A DNA stretch of 64,000 bases from Gammaproteobacteria bacterium (GCA_965222615.1 CBDCUI010000009.1:960001-1024000), one strand, 5' to 3'. Positions 19,242 through 31,095 are shown, numbered from the stretch's first letter. Translations and numbers: made by a program. The notes: generated from the sequence alone by a model not told the origin.

Positions 19242-20252
19242 TCAACTTGGGGGATACTGAAATTTTCGACCTCGTTTTTCTTGCTCACGTTGCCATGCGA
19301 TGGTTTTCATCAACCCGTCTTCTAAAGAAGTCTCAGCCTTTACTCCTAACAAGCTTTCACATTTAGTAATATCTGGAACGCGTCGCATGACATCTTCATA
19401 TTTCTTCCCTGTAAATGATTTGTACGGAATTAGACGGTATTTTAGCTCTCCATCTGTTCCACTTAGCTTTTTTATCAACTTGGCTAACTCTAAAATTGAT
19501 ATCTCTGCATTACTACCAATATTAATAATCTCGCCACTCGCCTCATCCTTTACTGAAGCAAAATAGATTCCTTCCACTGTGTCGTCGACATAAGTAAAAC
19601 TCCTGGTCTGACTACCATCCCCATGAATAGGGATTTCTTCGTCTCGCAACACTGCATTGATAAATACGGGCGGTGGCCCTCCCCACCAACTAAGTGGTTG
19701 ATTGGGTCCATATGACCCAAAGAAACGTAATAAAACTACTGGAATTCTATACTCGGCTTGATAGGCAAGAGCAAGATGCTCGTCAAATAACTTAGATACT
19801 GCGTAGGCCCAACGTGGAGACAAAGAAGATCCAATTACACAATCCGATTGATCCTCACTAAATGGCAAGTTGGGATTACGTCCATATACATCTGAAGTTG
19901 AAGCCAAAACACATTTAGCTTTATTTTTAACTGAAAAATCTAGTACGTTTTCTGTGCCACTGTAATTAATCTTAAGTGTTGCAAGAGCATTACCATATCT
20001 AGGTATTTTAAATGCTGCCAAATGAACAACTAAATCTACCTTTTCATCTATAGTATCCAATACATTTTTATCTGTGATGTCACCTTTTATAAAATGAAAA
20101 TTATCATGTTCCAGCTTTCCTTCAAGATTATCCAAGCTACCCATTGATAAGTTATCCACACCAAAAACTTGGTAACCATTCGTTAAATATTTTGCAACAA
20201 GATTAGAACCAAGGAAACCTGCAACACCAGTAATTAAAATATTTTTTTCCAA
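19242..20252 (-). CDS. NAD-dependent epimerase/dehydratase (extended SDR)
   Basis: TGVAGFLG, STSDVYG, YAVSK, GDGSQTRSF. Confidence 0.9.
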   Translation of the reverse strand: MEKNILITGVAGFLGSNLVAKYLTNGYQVFGVDNLSMGSLDNLEGKLEHDNFHFIKGDITDKNVLDTIDEKVDLVVHLAAFKIPRYGNALATLKINYSGTENVLDFSVKNKAKCVLASTSDVYGRNPNLPFSEDQSDCVIGSSLSPRWAYAVSKLFDEHLALAYQAEYRIPVVLLRFFGSYGPNQPLSWWGGPPPVFINAVLRDEEIPIHGDGSQTRSFTYVDDTVEGIYFASVKDEASGEIINIGSNAEISILELAKLIKKLSGTDGELKYRLIPYKSFTGKKYEDVMRRVPDITKCESLLGVKAETSLEDGLMKTIAWQREQEKRGRKFQYPPS

Positions 20253-20283
20253 ACTTTACCCTCAATTAATAGAAACCTAATTG

Positions 20284-21378
20284 TTACTGGATTTTTTTGT
20301 TAATCAAATTCCCAAGAGAAAAAAGCTCTTCAAAATATTTTTTATTTTGCAGAGATAAAATACCTAAACTTATAAATTGAATAGATAAGACGAAAGATAC
20401 TAAACAAACAATAAATGTGTGTGGGCTATTAGCATATGACAAGGCAAGAGATTCAGTAATTATATTTGCTGCCGTCCCCTTAAGCTGAGCATATGCCTGC
20501 AAATAATGATAGAACATCCAATACGCGGAATATAGTGCAAACATGGCCATAAACAAGCCTGGTGCTATAAAAAATACAAACGGTCGAAAAACGAATCCGG
20601 AAACAAAGGTTGCCTTTATTTGCCTTAAAACTTTCATGCTGGACGTTCTTGTTCCACTATGTTCCAGACAAGGCGCCCAATTCAAATGGGCTGGTACTTG
20701 GGCAATCATCCCGCGTAGCACCATAGTTTTATATATGGCTTCAGGCATAAAATCCATGCCACGATTTCGAAATGATATTGATTTAAAAAACTTTAGATCA
20801 TATGCCCGAACCATACAGGTTAATGTAGAGATGCGGCCACGACTTAGTAATGATAAAAACTTATTTGCCCCCAAACTTAAAATTTTTCTAAAAAACGGCA
20901 CATTGGACATATGACCATTTTTCATATAAGGCGAAGCTAGAACTAATTTCGCATTTGATGTCGTTATCTTATCGAGTAGCTTTTTAATATGGTCGACGGA
21001 ATAACTAAGATCAATATCAAGAACTATAAGAAAATCATCATCTACTTCTGTATTATCAATAGCAAATTGGTGAGCTTGGCCTAGGCCAAAATTTTTAAAA
21101 AAATGATAAACATCAACATTAGAGTAGTTAGATTTTATTTCATTAGCGATGTCTTTAGTTTGATCTTTACTGCCATCGTTGATAATTAATATTCTCCAGT
21201 CATATTGACTGCTCAATGACCCCATATACTCATAGACAGTGTGAAAATTTTCTCGAAGAATTGCTTCTTCGTTATATACTGGCAAGGCAATTACCACCTT
21301 TGGCCGATGTATATCCGTTACGAAATTAACTCTTTTTGACCGAATATGCCTAATATTAGAACTTTGTTGCATCACCAC
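20284..21378 (-). CDS. glycosyltransferase family 2 with C-terminal TM helices (polyprenol-phosphate glycosyltransferase-like)
   Basis: LPVYNEE, INDGSKDQT, DIDLSY, two C-terminal TM segments. Confidence 0.85.
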   Translation of the reverse strand: MVMQQSSNIRHIRSKRVNFVTDIHRPKVVIALPVYNEEAILRENFHTVYEYMGSLSSQYDWRILIINDGSKDQTKDIANEIKSNYSNVDVYHFFKNFGLGQAHQFAIDNTEVDDDFLIVLDIDLSYSVDHIKKLLDKITTSNAKLVLASPYMKNGHMSNVPFFRKILSLGANKFLSLLSRGRISTLTCMVRAYDLKFFKSISFRNRGMDFMPEAIYKTMVLRGMIAQVPAHLNWAPCLEHSGTRTSSMKVLRQIKATFVSGFVFRPFVFFIAPGLFMAMFALYSAYWMFYHYLQAYAQLKGTAANIITESLALSYANSPHTFIVCLVSFVLSIQFISLGILSLQNKKYFEELFSLGNLINKKIQ

Positions 21379-21789
21379 ACTTATTAATTCCCCAGTTATA
21401 GGTCGGTTAAATATAGCTATATGTATTTAGAAAACATGCTTTTTATGCAAAAGCTTAGTTTCAACTAGTTGAAAGAAGCACGCTTGAGGTATTTACATAC
21501 TCATGCAGCATTAAAGCAATCACAATTAATGGGACTAAAACTATTACAATTCTTTTCATTCAAAAAATAAAGGAATCTTATCGCATTTTTGACTACTATT
21601 AATATAAGTTTTAACCACGTCACAATACAAATGAATGTAGATTAAACTAAGAATTTAGTAGACAAACCAACATTATACAGCTTAATTTTGATGCTGAATT
21701 TATTTATTAAGTACAAGTTACACTTGATAACTAATAGCCATAAAGCAATAACAATATTTCTTAAAGGACAATTAATTTAGGGTAATATC

Positions 21790-23019
21790 TTGAAAAACTA
21801 TGACCCATTAGAACAGTTTCGACGTAACAACAATTCCTTGTGTATAGGGGATTTTACACTTGGTGATATTAATAAGCTTGGATATTCAACACCTATGTAT
21901 ATTTACTCTAAAGGAGTAATAAAAAACAAAATTAAATTACTTCGAGATCTACTCACACCTGAATTCAAAATTTATTACTCGATTAAAGCCAATCCTTTCA
22001 AAGATCTTATTACTTACTTACGACAATATTTAGATGGATTTGATGTTTCTTCGCTACAAGAATTAGACCTTACACTAGAGGCTGGAATAACCGGGGGAAA
22101 TATATGCTATACAGGCCCAGGAAAAAATAATATAGAGCTACAAGAAGCAATAAAGTCAAATGTTTTAATAAGTGCTGAATCGAGATTAGAAATCGAAAAA
22201 ATTATAAAGCTAGGAACCGATTTAAATATACTGCCAAGAATATTAATACGCATAAACCCTAACTATACTCAGCGTCGTGCTGGCATGAAAATGGCTAGCG
22301 GATCTAGCCCGTTTGGAATTGATGAAGAATTTTTACCTGATTTAATTACTTGGTTGGATACAACAACAATCCAGCTCGAAGGTTTTCACATTTATACGGG
22401 ATCGCAAATTTTAGATGCGGATGCAATCAATGATGCTCAAAAGCATACATTTAAATTGCTAAGCAACCTTGCTGGCATTACAAATCAACCCGTTAAGATC
22501 ATCAATGTTGGTGGTGGTTTTGGTATACCTTATTTTTCAAAACATAATCCACTCGATATCAGTTCTGTAACTGATAACCTGAAACACCTTAGATCCAAAC
22601 TGAGTACTAAAATATTTTCAGACAAACTTGAAACCATCCTTGAATTGGGTCGCTATATTGTGGGTGAAAGTGGTATTTATTTATGCAAGATAATAGATAA
22701 AAAAGTTTCTCGTGGAAAAACATACGTAATTACAGATGGAGGAATGCACCACCATCTTGCAGCTAGTGGAAACTTAGGACAAAAGGTTCGCAAAAATTTT
22801 CCTGTTTATGTTGCGAATAGAATACACTCGAAAAAAAAGGAAAAGGTTACCGTTGTCGGTAAACTTTGCACTCCCTTAGACATACTGGCTGACGATGTTG
22901 AATTAAGTGAATGCTATGTAGGTGATTATATAGCTATTATGAATTCTGGGGCCTATTCGCTTTCCGCCAGCCCGATCAACTTTTTAGGACACCCTGTTGC
23001 CCAAGAAATATTGCTATAG
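21790..23019 (+). CDS. PLP-dependent decarboxylase (LysA fold), resembling the exosortase-A-system-associated type
   Basis: YSIKANP, TGPGK, GGGFGIPY, ELGRY, DGGMHHHLAASGNLGQ, VVGKLCTPLD. Confidence 0.8.
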   Translation: MKNYDPLEQFRRNNNSLCIGDFTLGDINKLGYSTPMYIYSKGVIKNKIKLLRDLLTPEFKIYYSIKANPFKDLITYLRQYLDGFDVSSLQELDLTLEAGITGGNICYTGPGKNNIELQEAIKSNVLISAESRLEIEKIIKLGTDLNILPRILIRINPNYTQRRAGMKMASGSSPFGIDEEFLPDLITWLDTTTIQLEGFHIYTGSQILDADAINDAQKHTFKLLSNLAGITNQPVKIINVGGGFGIPYFSKHNPLDISSVTDNLKHLRSKLSTKIFSDKLETILELGRYIVGESGIYLCKIIDKKVSRGKTYVITDGGMHHHLAASGNLGQKVRKNFPVYVANRIHSKKKEKVTVVGKLCTPLDILADDVELSECYVGDYIAIMNSGAYSLSASPINFLGHPVAQEILL

Positions 23020-23186
23020 TGATTTTTTTATATCGAGATCAAATTTCTATAATCTATGCGACTTAATTCGCACTTTGTCTAATTTAATTCCATTTTAATC
23101 GCTAAATAATAATAAATATGTATAAGATGTAATAGAGTACCTTATCTTGTATTCAGTACATTTTTTTTCAAAAAACTATAAATCTA

Positions 23187-24464
23187 ATGACAGACCTTCA
23201 AAATACACAAATTGGCATAATCGGCCTTGGCTATGTCGGCTTACCCCTGGCAGTTGAATTTGGAAAAGTTTTGCCAACATTAGGGTTTGACGTTGATAAC
23301 AGAAGAATTGAAGAAGTAAAAAGCGGGCATGACCGAACGCTAGAAGTTAGCAAAGAGGAAATTGAAGAATCATCTCAGTTGAGTCTCACTAATAATTCTC
23401 AAGATCTAAAAAGCTGTAACATATATATCGTTACTGTACCTACCCCAATCGACGACCACAAAACTCCAGATCTAACAGTCATAAAAAAAGCCTCAAAAAT
23501 TGTTGGCACCGTATTAACAAAGGACGATATCGTAATCTATGAATCCACCGTATATCCAGGAGTCACTGAAGAAGTTTGCGTGCCCATCTTGGAACATGAA
23601 TCAGGTCTAAAGTTTAATACCGATTTTTATGTGGGCTATAGCCCAGAACGCATTAACCCTGGGGATAAAAAACATCGTTTGATAAATATCAAAAAAGTAA
23701 CCTCAGGCTCTACACCTGAAATTGCAGAAACTGTAGACCAGTTATATCAGCAGATCATTCAAGCTGGAACGCATAAAGCCAGCAACATAAAAGTAGCAGA
23801 AGCCGCAAAAGTAATTGAAAACACTCAACGTGACATCAATATTGCATTGATCAATGAATTATCATTAATTTTTTCTCGAATGGATATCGATACTCATGAA
23901 GTTTTAGAAGCGGCTGGCACAAAATGGAACTTTTTACCTTTCCGCCCTGGATTAGTCGGTGGACACTGTATCGGTGTAGATCCTTACTACCTTACTCATA
24001 AGGCTCAAGAAGTTGGATACAATCCAGAAATTATTTTATCTGGGCGAAGAATTAATGATGGTATGGGGCCATATGTGGCAGAAAGTGTAATCAAGTTAAT
24101 GACCAAGAAAAAAATTCATGTGGTAAATTCCAAAATTCTTATTTTAGGGTTTACCTTTAAAGAAAATTGTCCAGATACACGAAACACCCGCGTAATTGAT
24201 ATTGTGCGGGAATTTGATAGTTATCACGCATTGGTGGAGATCTACGATCCATGGATAGATATTAACGATACAAAAAAAGAATATAACGCCTCTTTTTTAA
24301 ATGAACTACCATCAACCAAATACGAAGCTATCATACTTGCCGTAAATCATGATCAATTTAAACAAATGGGAGCAGAACAAATCCATGCGCTCGGTAACGA
24401 AAATCATGTGCTTTATGATGTTAAGAATGTACTTCCCAAACACGAAGTTGACGGAAGGCTTTAA
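23187..24464 (+). CDS. tviB: UDP-N-acetylglucosamine C-6 dehydrogenase (TviB/WbpA-like)
   Basis: [42 protein letters not shown]. Confidence 0.88.
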   Translation: MTDLQNTQIGIIGLGYVGLPLAVEFGKVLPTLGFDVDNRRIEEVKSGHDRTLEVSKEEIEESSQLSLTNNSQDLKSCNIYIVTVPTPIDDHKTPDLTVIKKASKIVGTVLTKDDIVIYESTVYPGVTEEVCVPILEHESGLKFNTDFYVGYSPERINPGDKKHRLINIKKVTSGSTPEIAETVDQLYQQIIQAGTHKASNIKVAEAAKVIENTQRDINIALINELSLIFSRMDIDTHEVLEAAGTKWNFLPFRPGLVGGHCIGVDPYYLTHKAQEVGYNPEIILSGRRINDGMGPYVAESVIKLMTKKKIHVVNSKILILGFTFKENCPDTRNTRVIDIVREFDSYHALVEIYDPWIDINDTKKEYNASFLNELPSTKYEAIILAVNHDQFKQMGAEQIHALGNENHVLYDVKNVLPKHEVDGRL

Positions 24465-24492
24465 ACGTTAAATCAATAAGGGCATAGCCATC

Positions 24493-25500
24493 ATGAAAGT
24501 AGTAGTCACTGGATCAGCTGGGTTTATCGGCTCAGCAGTTTCACTTTCTTTACTAAATCGAGGAGATGAAGTATTAGGCATAGACAATGTCAATGATTAC
24601 TACGACGTAAATCTTAAACTTGCGAGACTGGAAAGAACTCAAGCTTACGAGAAATTCACCGAAGCTCGTATTAATTTAGAAGATAAGGATGCATTGTTCA
24701 CAGCAATATCAGAATTCAAACCCGAACGTGTAATAAACCTAGCCGCACAAGCTGGGGTTCGTTATTCGATTAAAAATCCTTTCTCCTATGTGAATACCAA
24801 TCTTGTTGGTTTTATTAATCTATTAGAAGCTTGTCGACATAACCATGTTGAACACTTGGTTTATGCGTCAAGCAGCTCCGTCTATGGGGCAAACACAAAA
24901 ATGCCTTTTTCAGTTCACGATAATGTCGACCATCCAATAAGTATGTACGCTGCAACAAAAAAGGCCAATGAATTAATGGCCCATACCTATAGTAATTTAT
25001 ATCAACTACCAACTACGGGATTACGTTTTTTCACGGTATATGGTCCCTGGGGTCGACCCGACATGGCCTTGTTTTTATTTACCAAAAATATTTTAGCGGG
25101 GAAACCCATTGACGTTTTTAATTACGGAAATCATCGCAGAGACTTCACTTATATCGATGATATTGTAGAGGGTGTAATTCGAACACTAGACCATATCCCC
25201 CAGCCTAATGCTAATTGGTCGGGTGATAATCCTGACAGCGCGACCAGTTTTGCCCCCTATCGACTTTACAATATTGGCAACAACCAACCTGTAGAGCTCA
25301 AATATTACATTCAGGTGCTGGAAGACAACCTTGGCAAAAAGGCACAACAAAACTTACTACCATTACAGGCTGGTGATGTACCTGATACCTATGCAGATGT
25401 AGAAGCACTCGTCCAAGATGTCGGCTATAAACCTAATACAAGCATAGAAATAGGCATTAAGAACTTTGTAGACTGGTATCGTGAATTTTACAAAATATGA
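24493..25500 (+). CDS. NAD-dependent epimerase (UDP-glucuronate 4-epimerase-like)
   Basis: [38 protein letters not shown]. Confidence 0.9.
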   Translation: MKVVVTGSAGFIGSAVSLSLLNRGDEVLGIDNVNDYYDVNLKLARLERTQAYEKFTEARINLEDKDALFTAISEFKPERVINLAAQAGVRYSIKNPFSYVNTNLVGFINLLEACRHNHVEHLVYASSSSVYGANTKMPFSVHDNVDHPISMYAATKKANELMAHTYSNLYQLPTTGLRFFTVYGPWGRPDMALFLFTKNILAGKPIDVFNYGNHRRDFTYIDDIVEGVIRTLDHIPQPNANWSGDNPDSATSFAPYRLYNIGNNQPVELKYYIQVLEDNLGKKAQQNLLPLQAGDVPDTYADVEALVQDVGYKPNTSIEIGIKNFVDWYREFYKI

Positions 25501-25686
25501 CGCTGAATTGACGCTCATTTACCCCTGAATTGTACATTCAACTGTTGCTTGAAATCAGTGAGTTATGTATTATTCCCTATAATTCATAATACTAATAATC
25601 ATAGCCTCTTGATTTATATGGGATTTAGCTTAAAAAAGCTGAATAAGTCAAGAAACTACTAAGCACACAAGACAAGGAGCAATTAT

Positions 25687-25956
25687 ATGCAACTTGTAAA
25701 CGTACTTTTGTCCATGGGATTAATTATTTTAATTCTTGGCATCACCGTGTTGTCTGCTTGTACACTCACCGCCTCTTCACACGGTATAAATTTCTTAGGC
25801 CTCAGATCACTAAAACAACCCACAAAAAAGGAAAAACGTAAATACGAGCGACGCCAATTAGAAAATTATTCATTCCCATTCAGCTGTACGGATGGCACCA
25901 CAGTTTATCTAGATAGGCGTAGAGGCAAAGACAGACGAACTCATTTTTCTACCTAG
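25687..25956 (+). CDS. hypothetical small membrane protein with ERR/DRR motifs
   Basis: RBS aaggag; N-terminal TM; ERRQ...FPF...DG...DRRRGKDRR. Confidence 0.6.
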   Translation: MQLVNVLLSMGLIILILGITVLSACTLTASSHGINFLGLRSLKQPTKKEKRKYERRQLENYSFPFSCTDGTTVYLDRRRGKDRRTHFST

Positions 25957-25981
25957 GGGAGCTTTGATTTATTAGCTGCGC

Positions 25982-27061
25982 TCATAAACTCAATTCAAAT
26001 TCACGCATAAACTCAACCAAAGCCTCCACCCCAGCTTGTGGTATAGCATTGTATAAACTGACTCGTACCCCACCAACTGTCTTATGTCCAGTTAAGCCAA
26101 GCAACTTATTCGACACTGCTTGTTTTAAAAAATTTTTTTGCAAAGTCTCATCTTGAAAAAAAAACGGAATATTAATTTTTGAACGACATTCATTAATTAC
26201 TATATTTTCATATAAATTACTATTATCAATTACGTCATATACTAAAGCAGAATTCTGTTTGCTTCTGCGATGCATCTCTTTGAGCCCACCTTCTTTTTTA
26301 AGCCAGTCGAGTATTAAAGATAAAACATAAATTGCAAATGTTGGAGGTGTATTGGTAAGTGATGCATTATCAGCACACAATTTATAATCATATAAACGTG
26401 GCACATTACTGCTAGTTTGACTTAATAGTTCTTTGTTAATAATCACAATACAAAGACCTGCAATACCCAAGTTTTTTTGCGCACTGGCATAAATTAAATC
26501 AAACTTATTAATATCAATTGGGTGCATAAGAATAGAAGATGTCATGTCACACACAAGTGGAACACCTTTTGTATTCGGTATCTGATCTAAGGCGATACCA
26601 ATAATCGTTTCATTATCGCAATAGTGCACATAAGATGCCTTTGAGTTTAAATTCCAAGCTTCTATAGGTACAATAGACAAATACCCACCATCATGTAATG
26701 CATCAATCGCCTTAACTTCAGCGAAACGCCGCGCTTCATCATAGGCTTTCCAAGACCACAACCCGGTACACACATAATCAGCGGTTTTACCTTCTCCAAG
26801 GAAATTCAAAGGCAGCATGGAGAACTGGCTAGTCGCACCTCCATGCATGAATAACACTGCGTAATCATCTGGAACCTGTAAGAGCTCCCGTAATAGCCTC
26901 TCGGCACAATCTCTAATCTTACGAAATTCATCACTTCGGTGGGCAAGTTCAAGAACGGATAAACTGGTATCGTTGTAATCTAAAAGCTCGCTTCGAATTT
27001 TTTCTAATACGGGCTTGGGAAGTGACGCTGGGCCTGCCCCAAAATAGTAAGTTGTTTGCAT
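25982..27061 (-). CDS. serC: phosphoserine aminotransferase
   Basis: FGAGPASLP, GGATSQF, DMTS, YASAQKNLG, GHKTVGGVRVSLYNA; likely start ATG 27061. Confidence 0.93.
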   Translation of the reverse strand: MQTTYYFGAGPASLPKPVLEKIRSELLDYNDTSLSVLELAHRSDEFRKIRDCAERLLRELLQVPDDYAVLFMHGGATSQFSMLPLNFLGEGKTADYVCTGLWSWKAYDEARRFAEVKAIDALHDGGYLSIVPIEAWNLNSKASYVHYCDNETIIGIALDQIPNTKGVPLVCDMTSSILMHPIDINKFDLIYASAQKNLGIAGLCIVIINKELLSQTSSNVPRLYDYKLCADNASLTNTPPTFAIYVLSLILDWLKKEGGLKEMHRRSKQNSALVYDVIDNSNLYENIVINECRSKINIPFFFQDETLQKNFLKQAVSNKLLGLTGHKTVGGVRVSLYNAIPQAGVEALVEFMREFELSL

Positions 27062-27143
27062 AAAGTAGATTTCAAAAGATAGACAGGTCAAATAAGTTTA
27101 GACCCATAAGAGACACTTTGAAAACTAAGACAGACGTATAAGT

Positions 27144-29702
27144 TTAATTATCCGTACTAGATAAGTTTTCAATCCTTTCCACTTCGACTAATTTTTCTTC
27201 TTCTGATAAACGTATCAGACGGACACCCTGAGTATTACGCCCCATTTGTGATACATCTTTTACTGGAGTTCTTACCAAAGTTCCACTGTCCGTAATTAGC
27301 ATAATTTCATCATCTTCCGATATCGCGACAGCTCCAACTACTTTTCCATTTCTTCCTGTCGTTTGAATTGCAATAACACCCTGACCGCCACGGTTTTGTT
27401 GTGGATAATCTTCTATTTTTGTTCTTTTACCATAGCCATTTTCAGTGGCTACTAAGATATCCGTTGCATGCATAGTTGGTGTAATCGTTATTAAGCCAAT
27501 TACTTTTTGGCTCTCTGTTAGCTTAATTCCTCGTACACCGGTAGCGTTACGGCCCATCGCGCGAACACCTTCTTCATTAAAGCGAATGGCCTTGCCCGCA
27601 TCACTGACCATTAAAATATCAGTATCTCCATTGGTAATGGCAACATCAATCAGGTAATCACCTTCACGCAAATCAACAGCAATGATGCCACTGGAACGAG
27701 GACGAGAAAACTCAATAAGACGCGTCTTTTTAACGGTACCGCTACTGGCAACCATGACGATATAGGCATCCTCGCTATATTCTTTTACCGGTAAAACTGC
27801 ATTAATTCGCTCGCCTTCTTGTAACGGTAAGAGGTTTACAATTGGTTTGCCGCGTGCAGTACGACCTGCTTGCGGTAGCTCATAGACCTTAAGCCAATAA
27901 ACCTTACCGAGACTGGAAAAACATAAAATCGTGTCGTGCGTGTTAGCTACAAACAACTGATCAACAAAGTCTTCAGCCTTAACTGAAGTAGCCGCCTTGC
28001 CTCGACCGCCACGACGTTGGGCTCGATACGTATCCAAAGGCTGAGATTTTGCATAACCTGCATGCGATAAGGTGACCACTACATCTTCTTCTGGAATGAG
28101 ATCTTCCATAGTGAGATCAACTTGTGCCTCAGAAATTTCAGTGCGTCGTTCATCACCATATTGTTCGCGTATGACTTCGAGTTCTTCTCGAATCACCCGC
28201 ATTAATCGGTCAGGGTCTTGTAATATATTCAGCAAATCAATTATCTTATCCAGCAATTCGCCATAGTCATTGACAATTTTGTCTTGTTCTAAACCCGTCA
28301 ATCGATGTAACCGCAAATCTAAGATGGCTTGTGCCTGTGCAGGCGAAAGATGATATTCACCATTGTGCATACCATATTCTGGAGCCAAATCTTCAGGACG
28401 TGATGAATCTGCACCAGCGCGCTTTAACATCTTTGTTACCACACCGGGTTTCCAAGATTTTGCAATTAGCTTTTCCTTAGCAACTGCTGGACTCTCGGAT
28501 TTTTTAATTAATGCAATAATTTCATCAATATTTGTGAGAGCAACGGCTTGGCCTTCGAGAATATGTGCACGCTCTCGCGCTTTACGTAATTCAAAAATAG
28601 TACGGCGTGTAACGACATCACGACGGTGCCGGATAAACGATTGCAATATTTGCTTTAAATTGAGCAATCGTGGTTGACCATCAACCAATGCCACCATATT
28701 CATTCCAAACACACTCTGCATAGGAGTGTGCTTGTAGAGATTGTTTAAAATAACTTCGCTGACTTCACCACGACGTAATTCAATAACGATGCGCATACCA
28801 TCTTTATCGGATTCATCACGCAAACCGTCGCTGGCAATCCCTTCTAGTCGCTTCTCTTTGACTAAATCAGCTATCTTGATAATTAAATTGGCTTTATTAA
28901 CTTGATAAGGTAGTTCAGTAACAACTATACGTTCACGTCCACTTTTCTCATCTTTCTCAATATGTGTTCGTGCTCGCATATGTACACGTCCGCGACCTGT
29001 TCGATAGGCGGCAACAATACCTTGTCGACCATTAATAATTGCGGCAGTTGGAAAATCTGGACCGGGTAAATACTCCATCAATTCTTGATAGTCTGCTTCG
29101 GGATTTTCAATTAATGCGATACTGGCATTAATCACTTCAGTTAAATTATGTGGCGGTATGTTTGTGGCCATCCCCACAGCAATCCCAGACGAACCATTGA
29201 CAAGTAAGTTTGGAATACGCGTAGGGAAAACCGTAGGTTCTGTTTCTGAATTGTCGTAGTTAGGAACAAAATCGACCGTTTCTTTCTCAAGATCAGCGAG
29301 AATCTCATGTGCAATCTTGGCCATTCGCACTTCGGTATAGCGCATTGCAGCCGGCGCATCACCATCTACCGAACCAAAGTTGCCTTGGCCATCTACCAAC
29401 ATATAGCGCATGGAAAAAGGTTGCGCCATGCGCACAATGGTGTCGTACACAGCCGACTCACCATGCGGATGATATTTACCTATGACATCACCCACTACAC
29501 GTGCTGACTTTTTATAGGGCTTGTTCCAGTCATTGCCAAGCTCATGCATGGCATATAAAACACGTCGGTGTACAGGTTTTAGTCCATCTCTAACATCAGG
29601 TAAGGCACGACCCACGATTACGCTCATTGCGTAATCGAGATACGATTGCCGCATCTCATCTTCGAGATTTACAGATAAAATTTCTTTGGCAATTGCAGCC
29701 AT
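27144..29702 (-). CDS. gyrA: DNA gyrase subunit A
   Basis: [22 protein letters not shown], GyrA-box QRRGGRG. Confidence 0.97.
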   Translation of the reverse strand: MAAIAKEILSVNLEDEMRQSYLDYAMSVIVGRALPDVRDGLKPVHRRVLYAMHELGNDWNKPYKKSARVVGDVIGKYHPHGESAVYDTIVRMAQPFSMRYMLVDGQGNFGSVDGDAPAAMRYTEVRMAKIAHEILADLEKETVDFVPNYDNSETEPTVFPTRIPNLLVNGSSGIAVGMATNIPPHNLTEVINASIALIENPEADYQELMEYLPGPDFPTAAIINGRQGIVAAYRTGRGRVHMRARTHIEKDEKSGRERIVVTELPYQVNKANLIIKIADLVKEKRLEGIASDGLRDESDKDGMRIVIELRRGEVSEVILNNLYKHTPMQSVFGMNMVALVDGQPRLLNLKQILQSFIRHRRDVVTRRTIFELRKARERAHILEGQAVALTNIDEIIALIKKSESPAVAKEKLIAKSWKPGVVTKMLKRAGADSSRPEDLAPEYGMHNGEYHLSPAQAQAILDLRLHRLTGLEQDKIVNDYGELLDKIIDLLNILQDPDRLMRVIREELEVIREQYGDERRTEISEAQVDLTMEDLIPEEDVVVTLSHAGYAKSQPLDTYRAQRRGGRGKAATSVKAEDFVDQLFVANTHDTILCFSSLGKVYWLKVYELPQAGRTARGKPIVNLLPLQEGERINAVLPVKEYSEDAYIVMVASSGTVKKTRLIEFSRPRSSGIIAVDLREGDYLIDVAITNGDTDILMVSDAGKAIRFNEEGVRAMGRNATGVRGIKLTESQKVIGLITITPTMHATDILVATENGYGKRTKIEDYPQQNRGGQGVIAIQTTGRNGKVVGAVAISEDDEIMLITDSGTLVRTPVKDVSQMGRNTQGVRLIRLSEEEKLVEVERIENLSSTDN

Positions 29703-29757
29703 GATTTATGAATTTATGGCGATTTAATGAGGATTAGAAATTCGTTCTAGGAGCATT

Positions 29758-29769
29758 AAGTATAACACA
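29758..29769 (-). promoter_or_regulatory. candidate extended -10 promoter of gyrA
   Basis: Minus strand TGTGTTATACTT about 55 bp upstream of the ATG; TGn+TATACT, resembling the enterobacterial gyrA -10 region. Confidence 0.45.
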
Positions 29770-29889
29770 AGTCCCCAACAAAGGGTTGCTAAAAAAAGCA
29801 TTTAAAATTGAGTTGAATGCCTTAAAATAAATTTTACTATGATATAAGTTATATTTTTTCTATTGCCTAAGGCAAAATTGCAAAAATTC

Positions 29890-30930
29890 CTAATTTTGCA
29901 TTAGTGCTTCAATTTTACTTCGGTTAGGCACCTCAACCACACCTTTTTCCGTCACTAAGGCGGTTACAAATTGCGCCGGCGTGATATCAAAAACTGGATT
30001 CCAGACCTGTGCATTTTGTGGGCCAAATGAGTAATCACAGTACTGAGTTAATTCATTCGCAGAGCGTTCTTCTATAGCGATTTCGTCTCCAGTGCTAATT
30101 TCCATGTCGATAGTACTGGTAGGAGCCGCAACCATGAACTTCACCCCATGCTGTTTTGCCATGACTGCTAATGAGTATGTGCCAATTTTATTTGCGACAT
30201 CACCATTGCTGGCAACACGATCGGCTCCTACAATAATCCAGGCAATTTGCTTTTGGCGCATTAACGTTGCTGCAGCACTGTCACAAATGATGGTGACTGG
30301 AATATTATCCTGTAGAAGTTCCCAAGCAGTAAGTCTTGTACCTTGAAACCAAGGTCGGGTTTCATCCGCATAAATTTTGTTAATTTTATTTTCCACAAAA
30401 GCACTACGTATGACGCCAAGCGCTGTTCCATAACCACCTGTAGCCAGTGCACCCGCATTACAATGTGTCAATACAGAAGAATCATTCTGAATAAGTCGAG
30501 CTCCATACTCGCCTAGTGTTTTATTAATTTGAACATCATCTTGATGAATCTCTAGCGCTAGCTGCAATAATTCTTCCACTGGATCACCCGATTGAATCGT
30601 GCCAATGGCGTGACGCATGCGTTGAATCGCCCATTGTAAATTCACTGCCGTGGGACGTGCTGATGATAAATCTCTAAGATCTTTTTCTAGACATTCTTGC
30701 CAATGAGTAGGCGACTTTGCGTAACAGGCTCTTGCAGCCAGTACTACGCCATAAGCTGCGGTAACGCCAATGGCAGGCGCACCTCGAACCACCATATCCT
30801 TGATGGCAGTGGCCACTTCTTCTACTTTGGAATATTTAATAAATTGTATTTCATTAGGCAACTTGCGCTGATCTAGCAGCACAAGTTGATCGTCTTGCCA
30901 AACGATAGCTTGATCGGCCAATGAAGTCAT
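29890..30930 (-). CDS. mtnA: S-methyl-5-thioribose-1-phosphate isomerase
   Basis: LLDQRKLP, VRGAPAIG, THCNAGALATGGYGTALG, DETRP, ANKIGTY. Confidence 0.95.
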   Translation of the reverse strand: MTSLADQAIVWQDDQLVLLDQRKLPNEIQFIKYSKVEEVATAIKDMVVRGAPAIGVTAAYGVVLAARACYAKSPTHWQECLEKDLRDLSSARPTAVNLQWAIQRMRHAIGTIQSGDPVEELLQLALEIHQDDVQINKTLGEYGARLIQNDSSVLTHCNAGALATGGYGTALGVIRSAFVENKINKIYADETRPWFQGTRLTAWELLQDNIPVTIICDSAAATLMRQKQIAWIIVGADRVASNGDVANKIGTYSLAVMAKQHGVKFMVAAPTSTIDMEISTGDEIAIEERSANELTQYCDYSFGPQNAQVWNPVFDITPAQFVTALVTEKGVVEVPNRSKIEALMQN

Positions 30931-31095
30931 AAATAATACAGCTACTATTAGAACCTATCTCAAAATGACTAAATATTCTTTAAGCGATATGTGCAAGATA
31001 AACAGGCAAAGCATATTTGCTTCGGGCCAGGTAGTCATAGCACAATCGCTACTCTATATGTCTTTAATAGCTACCAATCACTCTCAGGTCACTCT

